A stretch of 52,850 nucleotides of DNA from a virus. Its lineage: Duplodnaviria > Caudoviricetes. This document shows, in pieces, positions 46,928 to 52,850 of the stretch. The stretch's first letter is position 1. Every line of letters begins with the position of its first letter. The translations under genes were made by a program, and so were the position numbers. The stretch is taken from IMG/VR virus record IMGVR_UViG_3300020198_000024, positions 1-52,850 of that record, one strand, 5' to 3'. The notes below the pieces were generated by a model. The model was not told where the DNA came from. It worked only from the letters and a program-made list of their open reading frames with translations, and did no database searches.

Positions 46928-48454
46928 CTACTTCATACCAAATCTTGGTGTTTGTTGTGGAATGTTCTTAATTGATATTTGAGTAGCCTCGCTTATAGTA
47001 GATGGTTGAGTCGCTATATTTATAGTGACATTAGATGTATTATTTACTACTTGCTGATTATTAGTCTTCGAACCAGAAATTTCACCAGCTTTTGTTCGTA
47101 TAGTATCCCATAATTTTGAACCTATACTAGCAATTGATTCCCCATTTTTTGATTCTATTTTTGTATTTTTTGACTCTTCTGCACTACCCATAATCATACT
47201 GAATGGCCAAATACGTTTAAGCCCGTCAAAAAGGTTGGAGAATAAACTCGTTATCCAAGTAACAACTTCAGTTTTTGCGTTATTCCAAATATTTCTAACT
47301 AATTCCACAATACTATCCTTTATGCCCATAATCGTATTCCAAAAATCTTTAAGAATATTCCAAACATCTGCAACTATACCCCAAAGATCTTTGAGCTTTG
47401 ACCAAAGGATTTTAAAACCTTCTACAACTTCTTCTACTCGATCTTTAAGAAATGCGAATGCAAGCCTGTGTGGAGTAAACGCTATCTCAAAGACGTTTAA
47501 TATAGTATGAAAAATTTCGGTTCCAGCGGCTTTAATTGGTTCCCAAACTTTATCTTTAGCCCAACTCCAAATTAAATCCCAAGTTTCACCAGCTTTTGTT
47601 AGTATAGCATCCCATAATTTTGAACCTATACTAGCAATTGGTTCCCAAACATTTGTTATGACCCATTGAACGACAGTTGACCAGGCCTTTGATACTAGTT
47701 CTGGAAATGCTTTTGTGAAGAAATCTGAAACTGCAGACCAAGCATTTGATAATAGTTCTGGAAATGTTTTTGTGAAGAAATCTTTAGCCCCTTGTACAAC
47801 ATTAGACCAAATTTCTGGGAAATTAGCAAAAATACCACTTATTTTGTCTACAAGTTTAACTACATCGGTCCACATCTTCCCAATGGCTTCAATATTTCCT
47901 CCAAAAATAAACTCAATGAGCTTCCCACCTACAAGTCTCCCCAAGAATTCCGAGATCGATAGAAAAAAGTCTATGGCTGTAGCAAGATATTCTGCCATTT
48001 TTATGAGGATTGGCATAGCTGTCGCCAGAAGGGCTGCTATTCTTGGCATTAGTGGGGCAAGAATAATGTCTACCAATGCTCCTATGACTGTGAATACTGT
48101 CCCCAGTATTTCTCTAATAAATTTAGATTGCTGAAGTAGAGCCGTAATAAGTCCTACCAGGCTAAACGAAGATTGACCCATTCCCGCAAGATTCTTAGAT
48201 ACACCTGTCATTATATTAAATAATGATTGTCCACCAATACCCATAGTCATCAACATGTCTTTTACAGCGGCTCTATTACTTTTTTCGTTTTTAAGCCAAT
48301 CCTTAAATGCTTCAGCGTTGTCCGATCCACCGCCACCGGGTCCACCACCAGGTCCACCGCCACCAGGTCCACCACCAGCTGCAGCGGCAGCTTCAAGTAT
48401 TGTTGCTTCGATCGTTATATGACCGAAAGTACTACTACTACCAAAATTAGCCAC
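46928..48454 (-). CDS. tail tape measure protein
   Basis: ~11-residue W/F periodic amphipathic repeats and hydrophobic segment; follows tail chaperone; GTG start with GAGGT RBS. Confidence 0.8.
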   Translation of the reverse strand: MANFGSSSTFGHITIEATILEAAAAAGGGPGGGGPGGGPGGGGSDNAEAFKDWLKNEKSNRAAVKDMLMTMGIGGQSLFNIMTGVSKNLAGMGQSSFSLVGLITALLQQSKFIREILGTVFTVIGALVDIILAPLMPRIAALLATAMPILIKMAEYLATAIDFFLSISEFLGRLVGGKLIEFIFGGNIEAIGKMWTDVVKLVDKISGIFANFPEIWSNVVQGAKDFFTKTFPELLSNAWSAVSDFFTKAFPELVSKAWSTVVQWVITNVWEPIASIGSKLWDAILTKAGETWDLIWSWAKDKVWEPIKAAGTEIFHTILNVFEIAFTPHRLAFAFLKDRVEEVVEGFKILWSKLKDLWGIVADVWNILKDFWNTIMGIKDSIVELVRNIWNNAKTEVVTWITSLFSNLFDGLKRIWPFSMIMGSAEESKNTKIESKNGESIASIGSKLWDTIRTKAGEISGSKTNNQQVVNNTSNVTINIATQPSTISEATQISIKNIPQQTPRFGMK

Positions 48455-48665
48455 TAGATTTTACTACCTCTGCTTGCTTTTCTTGCTTAACGTGAAGAAT
48501 AGCTAAAATAACTAAAATTGTTTCTTCCTCAAATGACCCGATGGTTTCAAAAGGAATTCCGGCTTCAAGCAATTCAAGAGTTATCAACCAATTTGAGAAT
48601 GTGAAAGATTCATAGGCGCTTATCCCGGCAGTAGACCCCCCTATGAAGCGCCGAAATCTTTTTTT
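48447..48665 (-). CDS. -1 frameshift extension of tail assembly chaperone (gpGT-like)
   Basis: A-AAA-AAA at 48665-48659; -1 frame open (RFRRFIGG...EVVKSSG*) to TAA at 48447. Confidence 0.85.
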   Translation of the reverse strand, partial: KKRFRRFIGGSTAGISAYESFTFSNWLITLELLEAGIPFETIGSFEEETILVILAILHVKQEKQAEVVKSSG

Positions 48666-49006
48666 ATTTCTTCAACACTGATCTGGCTCTGACTAAATGC
48701 TTTTGGAACCAAGGCTTCAAGTGCAGCACCAAATTCTGAACTAATTTGAGTCAAAAATACTTCTGTTGTTGGTCCCCATGGAGCTTCAACAATCATGTAC
48801 TTAAGGCATTCTTTAACATAAGAATCGCCGTCGAAGCTTGTATTACCAGAAGAATCCCACTTTATACACTGAGAAACCAGCTGATTCTTTTTGCTCCAAG
48901 ATAGATTTCTAACCTTTACTGCAAACTCATCGTTTCCAATCTTTAATTTCATTTCTTTAACATTTGAAGTCGTCAAATATTTTGACGCATCCCATTGACT
49001 TGTCAT
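48641..49006 (-). CDS. tail assembly chaperone (gpG-like)
   Basis: Between tail tube and TMP; ends EIKKD at a slippery site. Confidence 0.85.
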   Translation of the reverse strand: MTSQWDASKYLTTSNVKEMKLKIGNDEFAVKVRNLSWSKKNQLVSQCIKWDSSGNTSFDGDSYVKECLKYMIVEAPWGPTTEVFLTQISSEFGAALEALVPKAFSQSQISVEEIKKDFGAS

Positions 49007-49027
49007 TTAATTCTCCTTTCGAATCTT

Positions 49028-50671
49028 TTATGGATAAACTGCTACACTATCTGTTACAACAATTTTCAAGCTTCTGAAAAGTAATTCAAGATCGACTTGA
49101 GTTGGAGATTCTGTACCAATATTATGCTTTGCACTTAGAATCAATGCACCTTGTCCTGCTTCGTTGCTCGTATTTGGAAGACCGGCAGTCGGAGTTTCAT
49201 CGTTCGGAATAGAGAAACTTATGGTATCGTTAGTCCCACGAGTAAAATCTAACTCAACTGCGAAACCTTGGAGAGTTGAACTTGACGTTGAATAGTTGCC
49301 CTCAAGAAGAAGTTCTTTAAACAATGTTCTAGTAGAACTTGTTGCAGAGATAGAATCAGGAAGAGCTACAACGCAACCCATTCTATATTCTCGACGTTGA
49401 ACTTGAATTTCTGAAGGACCTCTTTGACTTCCAAATTGTCCACGAATGTAATATCTCGGTTGTTCGTTATTATTTATACTAATTCGGAAATTCCTAATTC
49501 TTGCAAATTCAGTGCCAAAAAATTTTATAACCCCCTGGCTGAAAAAGTATGGTTCAGTAGTCGGGTAAGAAATGGTTGGAGTGCTGAGATACTGACCATA
49601 TTTTGGAAGGTCAGCAGAAACACCATAGTTAGTTTGATATCTCTGATTATGAATCATGTCGAGGAATGGAACAGAATCCCAACTCATTGTCATAACCCCA
49701 CCTTCATCAGCAGAAATTGTAGCTTTCGAAATAAGTCCTCCAACATAACGTCGAATAATATCATTTGCCGTTGTTTCACCTGAATCTCGAAGCAAAACGC
49801 TCCAAGAAACAGTATCTAAATCTGTAGTTTCTGATATCGTATGGACGTATGTGCCTGAAACTTTAGCTACGGTTCCAGTTCCAGAAGAGTGTGTTAACAT
49901 CAATGGATAATTCAATGTAACAGTTGTGCCACTAATTGCAGCAATCTGACGAACTTCTGCGTTTGTCGTTAAGCTATTCCCACTACCGATTTGAAGAAAA
50001 TCATTGACAGACCAACCAGTGGTCGCGCTCACCGCAATGCTTACGTCGCCTTTGTCAGTGGTCGTAGATAAGTTAGCAATGTTGGAAGTATTTGAATTTG
50101 TCGTAACCACTTTCCCAATCGGAAACCTAAATGGAAATCCATTAAGAACAATAAAGTTTGAAAGACCTCCAGTAAAACTTTGTCGACCGCGATATGCCTG
50201 AGCAAAGTCTCGCTTAAATGATGTACCTAAAAACCAATGTGGAGTAACTTCAGGGGCTAAATCTGGAACTTCAATTGACTGATACGTACCAGGCCAAAAC
50301 GTAGCATAGGAATTACCTGAAGTTACTCCATTCGAATTTAATTCTTTACACGATCCACCAGTTGCCTCGGAAGTACCATGAGCAAAAGCTAACGGAATAT
50401 CAAAAGTTACAATCTTTGATGCAGTATTAATATTAACAACTTTTCGAACTTCATATTCTGCAACATAGGTTGGATCTCCAATCCTAATTTGATCTCCAGC
50501 AGCAAGATTGGTCGTATTTGCAACTGTAATTGATCTATCTCCAGGATTTGCAGCAACAGTCAAATCTGCTACAAATTCTGTTGTAGTACCAGTGCCCCTG
50601 TCAAAGGTTCCACCAGGACCTGCTTCTGCAGCAAAACCAAATTCAACTTGATCATTACGATAAATTGCCAA
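49028..50671 (-). CDS. major tail tube protein with two inserted beta domains
   Basis: FGFAAE N-terminus, YVHTI, NFRISINNN; synteny with chaperone and TMP. Confidence 0.75.
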   Translation of the reverse strand: MAIYRNDQVEFGFAAEAGPGGTFDRGTGTTTEFVADLTVAANPGDRSITVANTTNLAAGDQIRIGDPTYVAEYEVRKVVNINTASKIVTFDIPLAFAHGTSEATGGSCKELNSNGVTSGNSYATFWPGTYQSIEVPDLAPEVTPHWFLGTSFKRDFAQAYRGRQSFTGGLSNFIVLNGFPFRFPIGKVVTTNSNTSNIANLSTTTDKGDVSIAVSATTGWSVNDFLQIGSGNSLTTNAEVRQIAAISGTTVTLNYPLMLTHSSGTGTVAKVSGTYVHTISETTDLDTVSWSVLLRDSGETTANDIIRRYVGGLISKATISADEGGVMTMSWDSVPFLDMIHNQRYQTNYGVSADLPKYGQYLSTPTISYPTTEPYFFSQGVIKFFGTEFARIRNFRISINNNEQPRYYIRGQFGSQRGPSEIQVQRREYRMGCVVALPDSISATSSTRTLFKELLLEGNYSTSSSTLQGFAVELDFTRGTNDTISFSIPNDETPTAGLPNTSNEAGQGALILSAKHNIGTESPTQVDLELLFRSLKIVVTDSVAVYP

Positions 50672-50754
50672 TTTAAAAACTCCTTAAAAAAACAAAAAAG
50701 CGAGATACTTCAACTCTCGCTTTCCTTTTCTTTACTCTATTATATTATATATTT

Positions 50755-51192
50755 TTATGTATCAAGAATAATTGAAACATTTTCTAAGACAATAGATATC
50801 TGTCCATGCCATATATTGTCTTCTTCTTGAGATCTTTCAACAAAATTTCGATATAGAATTCTTTGGAAGTTAGTCATTGAATGTCTTTGATTATGACAAA
50901 TACGACGAATTTCTCCCATTAAATCATACAATTTTTGACGATTAGTCGATGTATAAATTTCTGACAAAATATTATATGATCTATTCCCATATTTATGGTT
51001 TCCAAGTGGAATTTCTTCTAGAGCTGGAGAATCCGGCCTAAAAATTACCAAATCTCCACGATTCCTAAACTCGACAAGTAGTTCTTGATTAGTATTATTA
51101 ACAATCAAAAGCTGTGGTTTAGCTACATTGCTAATATTCCACTGAGAATTAAACAATGATTGTACATCTTCTAACGGTATTACTTCAGCCAT
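50755..51192 (-). CDS. putative tail terminator / head-tail joining protein
   Basis: Size and position upstream of tail tube; SEIYT..EIRRI. Confidence 0.55.
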   Translation of the reverse strand: MAEVIPLEDVQSLFNSQWNISNVAKPQLLIVNNTNQELLVEFRNRGDLVIFRPDSPALEEIPLGNHKYGNRSYNILSEIYTSTNRQKLYDLMGEIRRICHNQRHSMTNFQRILYRNFVERSQEEDNIWHGQISIVLENVSIILDT

Positions 51193-51204
51193 AATAATAT
51201 TCCT

Positions 51205-52848
51205 CTAATCTGGAAACTCCAATTCATCTTTCGTAAAATAGCTTACTGCATGACCTTGAATAATAACTTCTTGTTCATACTCATACCCACTAGTAAAAGC
51301 CCCAAAGTAAACTAAAACATCTTCAGGTGGGATTTTTTTACGAAAAAGAACACCTGTTATAGCATTATTTAATGCAACACTACGAGTAAGACTCCATCCA
51401 GCTGCCCCACCATGCGGCATTGCAATAGGATCTTTATCTTTCGCCGCATTATACGAGTTCATTACTTGATTTCTTATAGAAGCCCCCCTTACACCTCTCC
51501 AAACAGTCAAAAGATTATTTGTAGATGAAGCTTTTGTTTTTAATAAAGCTTGAGAAGCTACTATATATGGAATAAAACTAACAGCCGCTTCTCTTCCTTC
51601 TCTATAATGTTTTTCAAATGAATCAGGAGGTATCTTTGATCGTGCTTTAGCTGAAGTAAAGTAAAACAATTCGTCTCCGTAACGATCATTCCAAACACCT
51701 AATAATTCATTACATGCCGCTCTTAATCTAACTTGGGCAGGAGTACCACCACCCTGCCAACCATCACAATAACTTTTGACGACAGTTACATCAAGTGAGT
51801 TAGCCAATCCAAATTTTTTAATTTGATCAAAGATATTTTCTCTATCGGGTTTTGCTTGGCCAGTTATAGTCCATTGTATTTTTAAAGCTTCTTCGAGTAT
51901 TGACTTGTATTTATCATTTTTTGAGGCTTTAATTCTGTCTAAAACTTTAATTGTTGCTGTTGAGCCAAATTCCTGTACTACTTTTACAGCTTCTGATTTT
52001 TGAGGTGTCGATATTTTTGCAGGAGCATAATTGTACGTTTTACTTACTGGATTATATTGATATCCAAGTATTTTTTGAACTATATCATTTCTTCGAGAAA
52101 TAAGGATCGAAATTAAATCATTTTTCTTTGCGGTACCTAATTTAGTTTCATAATTATTGACAGCATTTTCAATGTGCTTATCTGTAATTCCCATAAGTTT
52201 ATTTGCACCGAATTTTAAATTTTCTTTGGTTACAGAAGAGAACACCTTAGAAGCCATTGGAGCATAAGACGAATCCTTCATAGAGTCTAATTCTTTAACT
52301 TCATTGCCGAAAGGTTTTATACCACCAGTCCCCTTAAAATGCATTGATCCACCAGGATCAATTCTATAAAAAGTACCATTTGATTCAATAATATTGTTGG
52401 AATTATATCCGCCAAGAACATCCCAGTTTGCTAACCAAGCATCAATAACGAAGTCTTTTTTAATTTCTTCTTTTCCGACGCTAGAAACAGCTAATTCGTC
52501 TGGAGATTTGACTACTGAGTTTGGAAGCCATGAAACTTTAATTGCTGACTTATTATTAAGCATAATTGATTCTGTATTAGCAACAGGAACAGAAGCTAAT
52601 TGATATAAAGACGTCGCTAATTGCTCAACACCATGATGCTCTTCAGATTGAGGAAACTTAATATAATATTCTAATCCAGTTTTAGTATCCCTGTATTTTC
52701 CACCAGGATTATAACCCATCTTACCTTCAATTTTTTCAAGCCGTTTATCCCAATCAATATTCTCAGTTGTTACTCCATTAACATCGGGAGGAGAGTAAGT
52801 CGATGTCGGGGGTTTGACAGGACTTGATACTGTAGTAGATATAGAAGA
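51205..52848 (-). CDS. HipA/PI3K-like kinase + ADP-ribosyltransferase fusion (5' end beyond window)
   Basis: GYNPGG, YYIK, DAWLANWDVLG..NII..RIDPGG (kinase); VWRG..WS..YEQEVI (R-S-E ART). Frame has no stop from 52719 to window end. Confidence 0.8.
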   Translation of the reverse strand, partial: SSISTTVSSPVKPPTSTYSPPDVNGVTTENIDWDKRLEKIEGKMGYNPGGKYRDTKTGLEYYIKFPQSEEHHGVEQLATSLYQLASVPVANTESIMLNNKSAIKVSWLPNSVVKSPDELAVSSVGKEEIKKDFVIDAWLANWDVLGGYNSNNIIESNGTFYRIDPGGSMHFKGTGGIKPFGNEVKELDSMKDSSYAPMASKVFSSVTKENLKFGANKLMGITDKHIENAVNNYETKLGTAKKNDLISILISRRNDIVQKILGYQYNPVSKTYNYAPAKISTPQKSEAVKVVQEFGSTATIKVLDRIKASKNDKYKSILEEALKIQWTITGQAKPDRENIFDQIKKFGLANSLDVTVVKSYCDGWQGGGTPAQVRLRAACNELLGVWNDRYGDELFYFTSAKARSKIPPDSFEKHYREGREAAVSFIPYIVASQALLKTKASSTNNLLTVWRGVRGASIRNQVMNSYNAAKDKDPIAMPHGGAAGWSLTRSVALNNAITGVLFRKKIPPEDVLVYFGAFTSGYEYEQEVIIQGHAVSYFTKDELEFPD

Positions 52849-52850
52849 AG

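Larger units (their letters stand above)
450..52850 (-). mobile_element. large tailed phage genome segment (prophage or phage contig joined to host DNA)
   Basis: Portal, terminase, tail module, phage replication genes, tRNA cluster, single-strand coding, AT-rich; sharp compositional break near 450. Confidence 0.9.

Noticed and set aside
2706-52603. Remaining plus-strand ORFs in the track
   Set aside because: Antisense to well-supported minus-strand genes and lacking recognisable motifs.
450-52850. Stop-codon reassignment
   Set aside because: Conserved genes are full length in the standard code; TAA, TAG and TGA all end genes; no suppressor anticodon found.

Overview
The first ~450 nt are GC-rich bacterial DNA carrying the 5' end of nadA (quinolinate synthase). 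An abrupt junction leads to ~52 kb of AT-rich tailed-phage DNA, encoded essentially entirely on the minus strand. In window order it contains: a tandem array of paralogous genes sharing an N-terminal leader plus a 1173-aa multi-enzyme polyprotein (probable capsid-internal/ejected proteins); portal; class II RNR; terminase; recombination genes; family A DNA polymerase; a compact pyrimidine-hypermodification operon; replication genes; a translation-control island (tmRNA, IF3 with AUC start, ~10 tRNA/tRNA-like genes, alarmone hydrolase, unassigned structured RNAs); a siphovirus-type tail module with a -1 frameshift chaperone; and a truncated kinase/ADP-ribosyltransferase fusion. The strongest candidate for an undescribed system is the modification operon, which couples a dCMP-type thymidylate-synthase homologue and a T4 BGT-like glycosyltransferase to a plant-type RGP/UDP-arabinopyranose mutase (GT75). 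The second is the leader-tagged cargo array. No integrase, major capsid or prohead protease gene was recognised. All calls come from motif reading by eye; no searches were run.
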